Notes: generated from the letters alone by a model not told the origin. A stretch of 64,000 nucleotides of DNA from Candidatus Levybacteria bacterium RIFCSPHIGHO2_02_FULL_40_18 (GCA_001782235.1 MFOC01000007.1:315909-379908), one strand, 5' to 3'. Numbered from the stretch's first letter, positions 46,685-55,929 are shown. Translations and numbers: made by a program.

Positions 46685-47950
46685 ATGCTGAAGAAACTTA
46701 AAAAACTTCTATCGTTGCTGGGGCCGGGATTCATTACCGGCGCATCGGATGATGACCCATCGGGAATTGCAACATATGCCCAAACTGGCGCACAATTCGG
46801 ATATTCCCAGCTTTGGACCGCACCTTTCTCTTTTCCCTTCATGACGGCAATTCAAGAGATGTGTGGAAGAATAGGGCTCGTAACAGGAAAGGGGCTTTCG
46901 GGCGTTATCAAAAAATATTATTCAAGGCCCGTTCTCTACATTGCTGTTTTAATTCTTTTTACCGCGAACACTGTGAATATAGGGGCAAATCTTGGGGCAA
47001 TGGCAAGCGCGGCTGGTTTATTATTCGACATACCTTTTATTTTCTGGCTTGTGGGAATGACCGTTTTAACTTTAATTCTTGAAGTTTTTGTATCATATAA
47101 ACTTTATTCAAAATACCTAAAGTATCTTGCGTTCTCACTTTTTGCATATGTGCTGGTGGTGTTTGTAGTAAGACAGAATTGGGAGCAAATAATAGCTTCA
47201 ACAATTGTCCCAAGTTTCGCTCTAAGTGGTAGTTATCTACTTAATATTGTTGCAATTTTGGGAACTACAATTTCTCCATATCTTTTTTTCTGGCAAGAGA
47301 CAGAGGAGGTTGAGGAGGAAGTCGAAAAAGGTAAGATCATGGGGATTGGGCGAGGTATACCAAAAGTATTAAAAAGAGACATTAGAATCATGAGAATAGA
47401 CACGGTTATCGGAATGTTTTTCTCGAATCTTGTAATGTTCTTTATTATCGCGACTGTCGCATCAACCCTTTATGCTTCAGGGATCCATAATATAAACACG
47501 GCCGATCAAGTGGCCGAAGCACTCAGACCATTAGCAGGAGATTTTGCCTATCTGCTTTTTGCGGCAGGAATAATTGGGACCGGTCTTCTTTCTGTTCCAA
47601 TCCTGGCAGGTTCGGCGTCATATGCGCTAGCCGAAGCTCTTGGGTGGCGCGAAGGATTGTATCGAAAGTTAAAACAGGCTCATGGATTTTATGGTGCAAT
47701 AACTATTGCAACGCTGATTGGCTTACTTGTGAATTTTTTGCATATACCGCCATTTCAAATGCTTTATTACACAGCCGTACTCAACGGGATCGCCGCTCCG
47801 CCGCTTATTATTCTTATTTTATTAATCTCAAACAACAAAAAAATCATGGGCGGACGCACCAATTCGACACTTTCGAATGCATTGGGAATAACAATAACTG
47901 CAGTTATGTCTTTCGCCGCATTAGCCCTCCTCTTTGATCTCATTTTTTGA
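46685..47950 (+). CDS. mntH: NRAMP-family divalent metal (Mn2+/Fe2+) transporter
   Basis: NRAMP signature LGPGFITGASDDDPSGIATY and 11-12 predicted TM helices. Confidence 0.82.
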   Translation: MLKKLKKLLSLLGPGFITGASDDDPSGIATYAQTGAQFGYSQLWTAPFSFPFMTAIQEMCGRIGLVTGKGLSGVIKKYYSRPVLYIAVLILFTANTVNIGANLGAMASAAGLLFDIPFIFWLVGMTVLTLILEVFVSYKLYSKYLKYLAFSLFAYVLVVFVVRQNWEQIIASTIVPSFALSGSYLLNIVAILGTTISPYLFFWQETEEVEEEVEKGKIMGIGRGIPKVLKRDIRIMRIDTVIGMFFSNLVMFFIIATVASTLYASGIHNINTADQVAEALRPLAGDFAYLLFAAGIIGTGLLSVPILAGSASYALAEALGWREGLYRKLKQAHGFYGAITIATLIGLLVNFLHIPPFQMLYYTAVLNGIAAPPLIILILLISNNKKIMGGRTNSTLSNALGITITAVMSFAALALLFDLIF

Positions 47951-48049
47951 TAGACTCCGTTAGAGACTTGAGAAAAATAATTTTTATAAATTATTTTTCT
48001 ACTTAGTAGTTGCGCTATGCGTCTCTAACGGGGTAAAATTAGCTTTGCT

Positions 48050-49051
48050 ATGAATGATTTCATTAAACGGGCAAAAATTTTGCTTGAAAAAATGGATGTT
48101 AAACAAAATAAGGTTCGCATTCAGGAAATTGAGACTGAATCCACATCGCCGGATTTTTGGAAGGATACTAAGTTAGCCACTCAAAAAATGAAGGAGATGG
48201 CGGCTCTTCAAAAAGAAGTCGAGAGCGCTGAGAAGCTTTCGAAATATATAGAATCGAACAACACGACAGGTTTAAGTTCATTACTTTCTGATATGGAGGT
48301 CTATTTTTATCTGTCAGGTCCATATGATAAGAATAATGCTATTCTGTCAATTCATGCAGGACAGGGAGGCGCAGATGCTATGGACTTCTCAGAGATGCTT
48401 AAGCGAATGTATGTTCGTTATTTTGAAAAAAAGGATTGGAAGTATGACATTTTAGATGAAACGCCGGGCGAAGAAGCAGGAATTAAAAGTGTTTCTTTAT
48501 CAATCGAAGGGCAGTTTGCTTATGGATATTTGAAAGGCGAGCAAGGGGTCCATCGTTTGGTTCGTCTATCTCCGTTTAGCGCGAGCAAACTAAGGCACAC
48601 TTCCTTTGCGCTTGTGGAAGTTTTGCCTCAGGTTGAAACCTTCGAATTTGAAATAAAAGAGGATGATCTTGAGTGGGAGTTTTATCGAGCATCAGCGCAT
48701 GGTGGTCAAAATGTCCAAAAAGTCTCATCAGCTGTTCGCTTAAAACATACACCAACAGGAATTACAGTTTCATGTCAGACCGAAAGATATCAAGCGCAAA
48801 ATAGAGAGAATGCATTGAAACTTTTAAAAGCAAAATTATGGGCGCGCGAGCAGGAGGAACGTTCGGAGGAAGAAAAAAAACTAAAAGGCGAATATAAACC
48901 TGCTTCTTGGGGAAATCAGATCCGTTCCTATGTTTTACACCCTTATCAAATGGTAAAAGACCTGCGGACACAAACGGAAACCAGCAACACACAGGGAGTA
49001 TTAGACGGCGATATTGACATATTTATAGACGCAGAACTTAAGGCCGATTAA
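48050..49051 (+). CDS. prfB: peptide chain release factor 2
   Basis: GGQ motif (HGGQNVQKVSSAVRLKHTPTGI) and the SPF tripeptide (RLSPFSAS), which specifies RF2. The ORF is uninterrupted from the N-terminus, so no +1 frameshift site. Confidence 0.88.
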   Translation: MNDFIKRAKILLEKMDVKQNKVRIQEIETESTSPDFWKDTKLATQKMKEMAALQKEVESAEKLSKYIESNNTTGLSSLLSDMEVYFYLSGPYDKNNAILSIHAGQGGADAMDFSEMLKRMYVRYFEKKDWKYDILDETPGEEAGIKSVSLSIEGQFAYGYLKGEQGVHRLVRLSPFSASKLRHTSFALVEVLPQVETFEFEIKEDDLEWEFYRASAHGGQNVQKVSSAVRLKHTPTGITVSCQTERYQAQNRENALKLLKAKLWAREQEERSEEEKKLKGEYKPASWGNQIRSYVLHPYQMVKDLRTQTETSNTQGVLDGDIDIFIDAELKAD

Positions 49052-49053
49052 GT

Positions 49054-49461
49054 ATGGAGAAAATAGTTAGGTCCGGAGTATCGGTAATAATTATAAAAAA
49101 CGGCAAAGTACTGCTCGCCAAAAGATTGAGTCGTCACGGATATAGAACGTGGGGATTTCCTGGCGGTCACTTGGAGCATCTTGAGAGCTTTGAGGATTGT
49201 GCTATTCGTGAGGTTTTTGAAGAAACATCGCTTAAGGTAAAAAATATAAGATTCGGGTCGATTACAAATGACATTTTTGAAAGTGGTAAACACTACATAA
49301 CGATTTTTATGGTGTGTGGCTGGAAGTCTGGTGAGGCGCGTTCGATGGAACCTGAAAAGGCGGGTGAATGGGATTGGTTCGAGTGGGAAAATTTGCCAAA
49401 ACCTCTGTTTTTACCAATCGTTAATTTACTCAAGCAAAACTTCCACCCCCTAGAGCAATAG
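49054..49461 (+). CDS. NUDIX hydrolase
   Basis: Nudix box GFPGGHLEHLESFEDCAIREVFEETSL. Confidence 0.8.
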   Translation: MEKIVRSGVSVIIIKNGKVLLAKRLSRHGYRTWGFPGGHLEHLESFEDCAIREVFEETSLKVKNIRFGSITNDIFESGKHYITIFMVCGWKSGEARSMEPEKAGEWDWFEWENLPKPLFLPIVNLLKQNFHPLEQ

Positions 49462-49540
49462 TTTCCTCATTCATAGACTCTTAACGATTGATTATTGACA
49501 ACCTAATAGATTTATAAGTAATATTATTCCGTTCATCTGA

Positions 49541-50002
49541 ATGACCGGTATTTTACTATATGATATGATGCAGGTTTCAAAGAATTATTTGTCTAAGAAT
49601 TTAGAAAATAAATTGTTCGAACTGTTTTTTGATTCTTTAGCTCATATTTCGAATCGTTCTGACATTGAAAAATTCCTATTCAGTTTAATTAGTCCATTCG
49701 AGAAAACGATGTTGGCAAAAAGATTAGGAATTGCCATCCTTTTAACAAAAGGATATCGACAAGAAGAGATAAGGAAGATTTTGAGAGTCTCTAATGAAAC
49801 AGTTTCGCGAGTAAGTATGGCTTTAAATTATAGAGGCGAAGGATACAAAATAGTTATAAAGAGAGCGTTGGACAAAGAGCGATTCAATGAAATCTTCGGA
49901 ACGATTTTGAAAGAAACATTATCCGCATTTTCATATTCTAATTATCGAAAATGGCCAGGATTGGAACCTCATAAGGGTGACAAGAAAACTCCTCTTGGCT
50001 AG
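49541..50002 (+). CDS. TrpR/YerC-YecD-like DNA-binding protein
   Basis: MLAKRLGIAILLTKGYRQEEIRKILRVSNETVSRV matches the TrpR-like HTH of the YerC/YecD family. Confidence 0.55.
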   Translation: MTGILLYDMMQVSKNYLSKNLENKLFELFFDSLAHISNRSDIEKFLFSLISPFEKTMLAKRLGIAILLTKGYRQEEIRKILRVSNETVSRVSMALNYRGEGYKIVIKRALDKERFNEIFGTILKETLSAFSYSNYRKWPGLEPHKGDKKTPLG

Positions 50003-50123
50003 CTCACTTATTATTGCCTTGCCAAAATTGTTGAAATGTGGTTTACTAGTGGTTATGGAAAAGGATCAGCCCCGATCTGATCGGGGTGAATTGGTTCATA
50101 ATTTTAGTGGATCAGACGCAAAA

Positions 50124-50540
50124 ATGACTGCTTCCAAAAGCACACCTTCTAAAGTCCCGATAATTTTGTTTTTAATCCTTGCGGTTTTAGGTATAGGAAC
50201 GGGTTTTTTACTTTCCCAAACTCAGAATGCCTCCTTGGTTGGCGGGCCTTCTTCACCGCTGTCAAAAGTCGCAGGTCCGCAAAAAGGTCAGACTTTTGGA
50301 TCAAAAGATGAAAAAACTTTCAAAGACAGTGCGGAAGGAACTCTTCGTGAAGGAGGCATAGATGGCGAGGGCGCATACCATCTTGAAAGACCGGGCGGAG
50401 AATCTCAAAATGTATATCTTACGTCATCGGTGCTCGATTTGTCCCAGTTTATAAGTAAAAAAGTGAAAGTCTGGGGGGAGACACATGCAGCCGAGAAGGC
50501 TGGTTGGCTGATGGACGTAGGCCGACTCCAGGTTTTATAG
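50124..50540 (+). CDS. hypothetical secreted/membrane-anchored protein
   Basis: Start chosen at MTASK, giving an N-terminal anchor (VPIILFLILAVLGIGTGFLL). The track ORF begins at 49977. Confidence 0.4.
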   Translation: MTASKSTPSKVPIILFLILAVLGIGTGFLLSQTQNASLVGGPSSPLSKVAGPQKGQTFGSKDEKTFKDSAEGTLREGGIDGEGAYHLERPGGESQNVYLTSSVLDLSQFISKKVKVWGETHAAEKAGWLMDVGRLQVL

Positions 50541-50629
50541 CTAAATAGTTAGAATAGCTAAATGGCTACATGGTTTTATTTTTATGTTCAGCTATTTAAC
50601 CATTCAACTATTTTAGCTATTTTTATTCG

Positions 50630-51418
50630 ATGATTGAATTTAAAGATGTTACAAAAAAATTCGCCAGCGAGCCTGTCCTTGACAAAATAAATTTCCTTAT
50701 TGATAAAGGCAGCTTCGTATATCTTGTGGGGCCTACAGGATCCGGTAAAACGACAATTTTCAGGCTTATTATAAGAGATATTTTGCCCTCAGAAGGTACT
50801 ATAGCCCTTGGGGACTGGGACTTATTAACTCTTCCTCGTTCAAAAGTTCCACATCTTCGTCGCCGCGTTGGAGTTGTTTTTCAAGACCTCAGATTATTGA
50901 TGGACAGAACTGTTTCGGAGAACGTAATGCTGCCGCTTGAGTTCTCGGGGATGAGTGAGACTGAGGCACGCGAGAAAGCGGAAAAAGTACTTTCAGAAGT
51001 TGGACTTGCGGGAAAATTTGACCAATTCCCTTTGCAGCTGTCAGGAGGAGAGAGACAAAGAGTGGCTATTGCCCGGGCGCTCGTTTTTGAACCGGAGATA
51101 ATACTTGCGGATGAACCAACCGGAAACCTTGATATTGAAACTTCTTTTCAGATTCTTGATTTACTTCAGACCATAAATAAAAAAGGAACCACCGTGTTTA
51201 TGGCAACACATAATGAAAAGCTCATCTCAGGCCATGATCGAGTAATTGTTCTTGAGAAAGGACGCATTGTAGAAGATAGGTCCTCAGAAAAGTCAAAGAA
51301 AAAATCCTCCTCAAAAGAAGACTCGCAAGAAAAAGTAGAGACGTCCAAAGAGACTGAGAAAAAATCCCACCCTGCGGAAGATAAAATAAAACTTGAAATA
51401 CTAGCAAAAAATGATTAG
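50630..51418 (+). CDS. ftsE: cell division ATP-binding protein FtsE (with K/E/S-rich C-terminal tail)
   Basis: Walker A GPTGSGKTT, ABC signature LSGGERQRVAIARAL and Walker B ILADEPTGNLD. About 45 extra charged residues at the C-terminus. Confidence 0.88.
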   Translation: MIEFKDVTKKFASEPVLDKINFLIDKGSFVYLVGPTGSGKTTIFRLIIRDILPSEGTIALGDWDLLTLPRSKVPHLRRRVGVVFQDLRLLMDRTVSENVMLPLEFSGMSETEAREKAEKVLSEVGLAGKFDQFPLQLSGGERQRVAIARALVFEPEIILADEPTGNLDIETSFQILDLLQTINKKGTTVFMATHNEKLISGHDRVIVLEKGRIVEDRSSEKSKKKSSSKEDSQEKVETSKETEKKSHPAEDKIKLEILAKND

Positions 51419-52271
51419 TACTGTTTCAAAATATGTTAGAAGGTCGCCGTATCAGGCACTTTCTGCAGCTCTTATCATGAGCCTGACTTTCTTTGCGATT
51501 ACTATCTTTTCTATTCTTACAATTCTTTCAATTCGTTTTATCTCCTATTTTGAAACACGACCTCAGCTCACCGTCTTTTTTAAAGATTCGGCAAGTCGGG
51601 ATGAGATCCGAGGGCTTGAAAATAAACTTTCAGATACCGGTAGAACTTCTTCCATTACGTATGTTTCAAAAGAAGAGGCCCTTGCCATATACAAAGAGCA
51701 AAATAAAAAAGATCCGATTCTACTTGACTTGGTTACCGCAGATATTCTCCCGGCCTCAATAGAGGTTCAGGCAACACAAGCAGAATACCTTGCAGACCTT
51801 GCGGGAATCGTGCGTGGTTCCCCATTAGTTGAAGAAGTTGTCTTTCAGAAAGATATTGTCGACACGCTGATCTCTTGGACAAATGCCGCAAGAAGACTTG
51901 GAATAGCCATTATTGCTATTCTTGTCACTGTTTCAGTGTTAGTCATAATTACAATAATTGGAATAAAGATTACCGTAAGGCGTGAAGAGATAGAGACAAT
52001 GAAGCTTTTGGGCGCGACAAATTGGTTTATTAGGGCACCATTTCTTTTGGAAGGGGCATTTTACGGATTTGTAGGTTCTCTTGCCGGTGGGGGTCTGGCA
52101 ATAGCCTTATTTTATTACTTCTCGCCGTCTTTTGAAGCGTTCCTGCGAGGAGTTGCCATTTTTCCGATCTCGCCGGTCATGATGCTTGAGCTTCTTGCAA
52201 TTGAGACGATTGTTGCCTGCCTCTTAGGAATGTTCGCAAGTTACATGGCAGTACTACGATACTTAAAATAA
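51411..52271 (+). CDS. ftsX: cell division permease FtsX
   Basis: Four-TM FtsX topology with a large periplasmic loop. Overlaps ftsE by 8 nt. Confidence 0.82.
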   Translation: MISTVSKYVRRSPYQALSAALIMSLTFFAITIFSILTILSIRFISYFETRPQLTVFFKDSASRDEIRGLENKLSDTGRTSSITYVSKEEALAIYKEQNKKDPILLDLVTADILPASIEVQATQAEYLADLAGIVRGSPLVEEVVFQKDIVDTLISWTNAARRLGIAIIAILVTVSVLVIITIIGIKITVRREEIETMKLLGATNWFIRAPFLLEGAFYGFVGSLAGGGLAIALFYYFSPSFEAFLRGVAIFPISPVMMLELLAIETIVACLLGMFASYMAVLRYLK

Positions 52272-52278
52272 ATACTCA

Positions 52279-53544
52279 ATGGCTAAATGGTTACATGGTT
52301 ACATAGTTAGATCATCTTTCGCAATTCTCGTTCTGTTTCTTTCTTTATTCTTAGGCAGGATTGTTTTTGCACAAACGGTAACGCCATCCCCAACGCTTTC
52401 ACCTACGCCAACTCCGGAATCGAATTCTTCGTCAAATGTCTGTACTGGCGTTCAGGAATGTGCCGATCAAAAATTAGATTGCTCAAAGTGTATAGAATAT
52501 TTAACAAACAAGAAGAATGAGGCTTCGGGCAAAGCAAAAACTCTCTCGTCGGAAATCGCCGTAACAAATAACCAAATTAAATTAACTGAGGCAAGAATAA
52601 GAGCAACCGAACAGAAAATAAAAGAGCTTCAGAAAGACATAGGCATTGCAAAAGGAAAGATAGAGGAGCTTGAAAGCACGATAGATAGGGCAACAAGACT
52701 CTTGATTGAAAGAATTGCCGCCGTATATCAGGTGGGAAGAATTGAGCCTTGGCAAATATTCTTGACCGCAAGGAATATTGATGATGTTTTTTCAAGACTT
52801 AAGTATCTTCGTTTAGTTCAAATTTATGATAAGAGACAAGTTTATGCAGCGGAACAGGCAAAAACTGACTATGCAAACCAAAAAGAAATTTTTGAGGACA
52901 AAGAAGGCGAGGCAAAAAGCCTAAGTGCAAAACTCGAAGGTTATAATCAACAACTTGAAACAGAAAAAGCCGGAAAGCAAGAATTGCTGAATATAACCCG
53001 GAATGATGAGGCAAGATATCAAAGATTCTTAGCCCAAGCAAGAGCTGAGCGAGCAATAATCCAGGGTGGGGGGACGGAGGTATTTTTGCGGAATGTTAAT
53101 GTAGGCGATTCGGTCGGAACAATAATTTCAGGTAGATCCGGTTGTTCCACGGGTACACATGTTCACTTCAGTGTTTATCAAGGAACTTCTCCGCGCGATC
53201 CAAGCGATTTCCTCTCATCAAAGGGGGTTTCCTACTCGTATCCCGAGTCGCAGTATGGATATTATGGCACTGTAAATCCGCATGGAAGTTATCCATGGCC
53301 TCTTGACGACCCAATTCAAGTTAATCAGGGATATGGTTCGCATGGGTTTGCTCAGCAGTTTTATCCAAGTGGGTTTCATGACGGGATTGATATGGAGGGC
53401 GGAAGTCTTAATGTTAAGGCAGTCCGCGCTGGCAAGCTTTATGAAGGAAGTTACGGCGGCTGTAGTTATGGTCCCCTGACTTACGCAAAAGTTGAGCACG
53501 ATGATGGATTGATAACTTGGTATCTTCACATAACTCCCCACTAG
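52279..53544 (+). CDS. M23-family peptidoglycan metalloendopeptidase with N-terminal coiled coil (EnvC-like)
   Basis: Signal/TM segment, ~200 aa of coiled coil, then an M23 (LytM) domain (GCSTGTHVHFSVYQG ... HDGIDMEGG ... YLHIT). Sits directly after ftsEX. Confidence 0.8.
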   Translation: MAKWLHGYIVRSSFAILVLFLSLFLGRIVFAQTVTPSPTLSPTPTPESNSSSNVCTGVQECADQKLDCSKCIEYLTNKKNEASGKAKTLSSEIAVTNNQIKLTEARIRATEQKIKELQKDIGIAKGKIEELESTIDRATRLLIERIAAVYQVGRIEPWQIFLTARNIDDVFSRLKYLRLVQIYDKRQVYAAEQAKTDYANQKEIFEDKEGEAKSLSAKLEGYNQQLETEKAGKQELLNITRNDEARYQRFLAQARAERAIIQGGGTEVFLRNVNVGDSVGTIISGRSGCSTGTHVHFSVYQGTSPRDPSDFLSSKGVSYSYPESQYGYYGTVNPHGSYPWPLDDPIQVNQGYGSHGFAQQFYPSGFHDGIDMEGGSLNVKAVRAGKLYEGSYGGCSYGPLTYAKVEHDDGLITWYLHITPH

Positions 53545-53592
53545 AAATAGTATCTAGATATTAGATACTAGATATTAGATAATAGGTGCGAA

Positions 53593-54411
53593 ATGATGAG
53601 ACGATTCTTGTTGGTTTTATTCTTGATTTCGGTGACCTTTTTTATTTTACCCAGCGAAATATATGCTTCTATTACAATTAACGAATTCAGTTCTAGTACG
53701 TCTAGCGATGACTGGGTAGAAATATATTTTGAGAGCGAAGACACTGCATTATATCAGCTAGTAGATGCTTCGGATAATACAAAAAACTTATCAGATGGAA
53801 GTTGTTCTGGTAATTTTTGTACAGTTGATTGGTCGAACAGATTAAATAATAATGGCGACACAATAAAACTTCGGCTGATATCCTCTAGTTCAGTCGTGGA
53901 TGAAATAACTTACGGGAATGATTCACTATCGGCTCCATCTGATGGGCAAACGGTCGGTCGACTTCCGGATGGAACAGGTTCGTTTGTGATGTTGTCTTCT
54001 TCATCGAAAGGGAGTTCGAATAATTCTTCGAATGCTGTAGTCTCGCCGACGGCGACGCCAACTAATACACCCACGCCTACGGATTCGCCGGATCCAACAA
54101 ACACGCCTACACCTACAAAAACTCCCACCCCAAAAAAGACGCCAACCCCGACTAAAAGACCAACCCCAACCCCTACAAAACTACAAGAGAAAGAGGCGGG
54201 GACGGATGATTTATTTGTTGCTGGCGAGACCAAAATTGCGCTTGATAAGTCTCCTACGCCTTCTGGAGTCACTGAGATTTTGGGAGAAAGCACATCAAAA
54301 CAGCCCCTTATTTTTATCGGCCTTGGGGCAATAGTTCTTGCAGTGTGCGGAATTCTTGCATATTTCCAGTTTGGAAACAAAATCCTTGTATGGAAGAAAC
54401 AGAATTTATAA
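53593..54411 (+). CDS. secreted lamin-tail-domain (LTD) protein with Pro/Thr-rich linker and C-terminal membrane anchor
   Basis: Signal peptide; LTD motif (SITINEFSSSTSSDDWVEIYFESED ... NNGDTIKLR); a (TPTP)n linker; a C-terminal hydrophobic helix. Confidence 0.7.
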   Translation: MMRRFLLVLFLISVTFFILPSEIYASITINEFSSSTSSDDWVEIYFESEDTALYQLVDASDNTKNLSDGSCSGNFCTVDWSNRLNNNGDTIKLRLISSSSVVDEITYGNDSLSAPSDGQTVGRLPDGTGSFVMLSSSSKGSSNNSSNAVVSPTATPTNTPTPTDSPDPTNTPTPTKTPTPKKTPTPTKRPTPTPTKLQEKEAGTDDLFVAGETKIALDKSPTPSGVTEILGESTSKQPLIFIGLGAIVLAVCGILAYFQFGNKILVWKKQNL

Positions 54412-54878
54412 CTCGCTCGGCGAGAGAAACAGAAGATTTAGGTTCAAAACTTGCTCATAACTTTCGAATCGGTAATATTATTGTGTTGACGGGCGAACTA
54501 GGGGCAGGAAAAACTACCTTTGTTCAGGGGGTAGGCAAAGCATTTAATATTAAAAGCCGAATCATTTCGCCTACATTTATTTTGGTTAGAAGACACAAAG
54601 TGAAACTCAAAACTCAAAACTCAAAACTCAAAACTACAACTCCCCTCGATGAAACTCGGGGCAAGCAAAACTTAAAAACTCTCTATCATATTGATTTATA
54701 TCGGCTGGAGGATTCGGAGGAAATTAAAAATTTGGGGCTCGAGGAGATTTTTGAAGATCCGAACGCCATTTTTTTCGTCGAGTGGGGAGAAAAACACGAG
54801 GAGTTGAAAGCCTCTTGGGAAATAAACTTCGAGATCCTTGAGAAAGACAAGAGACGTATAACGCTCAAACATGAATAA
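54390..54878 (+). CDS. tsaE: tRNA threonylcarbamoyladenosine biosynthesis ATPase TsaE
   Basis: P-loop LTGELGAGKTTFVQG and the conserved SPTF..V..H...LYHIDLYRL. Carries a ~20-aa insertion encoded by a heptamer tandem repeat. Confidence 0.85.
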   Translation: MEETEFITRSARETEDLGSKLAHNFRIGNIIVLTGELGAGKTTFVQGVGKAFNIKSRIISPTFILVRRHKVKLKTQNSKLKTTTPLDETRGKQNLKTLYHIDLYRLEDSEEIKNLGLEEIFEDPNAIFFVEWGEKHEELKASWEINFEILEKDKRRITLKHE

Positions 54879-55449
54879 AAATTTATTAAAAGCGCTCGAA
54901 ACTGTTAAGAAAGGAGGAATCATTATTTTTCCAACGGATACGGCATTCGGGATTGGATGTCGAGTTGATGATGAAAAAACCGTTGAACGATTATTTCAAA
55001 TTCGAAAACGACCAAAAGAAAAGGCTGTTCCTGTTCTTGCAAGTTCAATCAATATGGTTGAAGACTATGTCGAATATATCAAACCTGATGTTCGAAAGCT
55101 TATGGGGAAATATTGGCCGGGCGCTTTAACTTTGGTCTTGCCAGCGAAAGTAGAAAGAGTGTCGAATTTGATTCGCGGTGGTGGGAAAACAATAGGGATT
55201 CGGATTCCGGATCATGATTCAATTCTTAGGGTTATTAGGGCGGTTGGGGTGCCGATTTTGGGGCCATCCGCGAACCTTGCGGGAGAGAAAACGCCTTTTA
55301 AAATGTCTGATTTAGATCCGAATTTGGTACGATTGGTTGATTTTGTTTTGCACGGCCGTTGTAAAATTAAGAAGCCCTCCACAGTTCTTGACGTTTCGAA
55401 AAAGCCATGGAAGGTGATTCGGCAGGGAGCCGTCCGTCTAACAAAGTAA
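54871..55449 (+). CDS. tsaC: L-threonylcarbamoyladenylate synthase (YrdC/Sua5 family)
   Basis: YrdC motifs (GGIIIFPTDTAFGIGC ... AVPVLASS ... WPGALTLVLPA ... IGIRIPDH). Confidence 0.85.
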   Translation: MNKNLLKALETVKKGGIIIFPTDTAFGIGCRVDDEKTVERLFQIRKRPKEKAVPVLASSINMVEDYVEYIKPDVRKLMGKYWPGALTLVLPAKVERVSNLIRGGGKTIGIRIPDHDSILRVIRAVGVPILGPSANLAGEKTPFKMSDLDPNLVRLVDFVLHGRCKIKKPSTVLDVSKKPWKVIRQGAVRLTK

Positions 55450-55475
55450 CAAATTGACCAATTAACAAATTAACC

Positions 55476-55787
55476 GTGAATAAATTATATATTGATACAA
55501 GAGATAATAACCGGATTGTCGTTCGGTTAAATAAAAATGGAGAGGTATTCCAAGAAATATCGGTAGCAAGCAAAAATAAAGCTCAGATAACACTTCCTTT
55601 GATCGAGGAAGTTTTAAACAAGGCGAAACTTACGATTAGCGATATTGACAAAATTGATGTGGAAACAGGGCCGGGGTCTTTTACCGGGCTGCGGGTAGGA
55701 ATCTCGATTGCCAACGCACTGTCCTTCACAGGATTAGTCCGAATCAACGGCAAAAAACTCGGCGAGGTTGAAATACCCCAATACTAA
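55476..55787 (+). CDS. tsaB: TsaB-like protein, short form (N-terminal YeaZ domain only)
   Basis: LYIDTRDNNRIVVRL ... VETGPGSFTGLRVGISIANALSF matches the TsaB/YeaZ N-terminal half. Only 103 aa, against ~230 aa in E. coli. Confidence 0.7.
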   Translation: MNKLYIDTRDNNRIVVRLNKNGEVFQEISVASKNKAQITLPLIEEVLNKAKLTISDIDKIDVETGPGSFTGLRVGISIANALSFTGLVRINGKKLGEVEIPQY

Positions 55788-55929
55788 AAGTTTGGGTTTT
55801 GGTTTGTGTTTGGGCTGCTAGTATAGTCATGGTTTGGGTCTTGGGTTAAATTACCAAAAACCAAACCCTCTTACCATACGAGCTGCTCCACCCATACCCT
55901 TAAACTATAACTTTTGATATGATAAAACT

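Noticed and set aside
48050-48150. Programmed +1 frameshift site in prfB
   Set aside because: Looked for an upstream short frame ending in CUU UGA. The RF2 ORF is continuous from a plausible N-terminus, so no frameshift is called.
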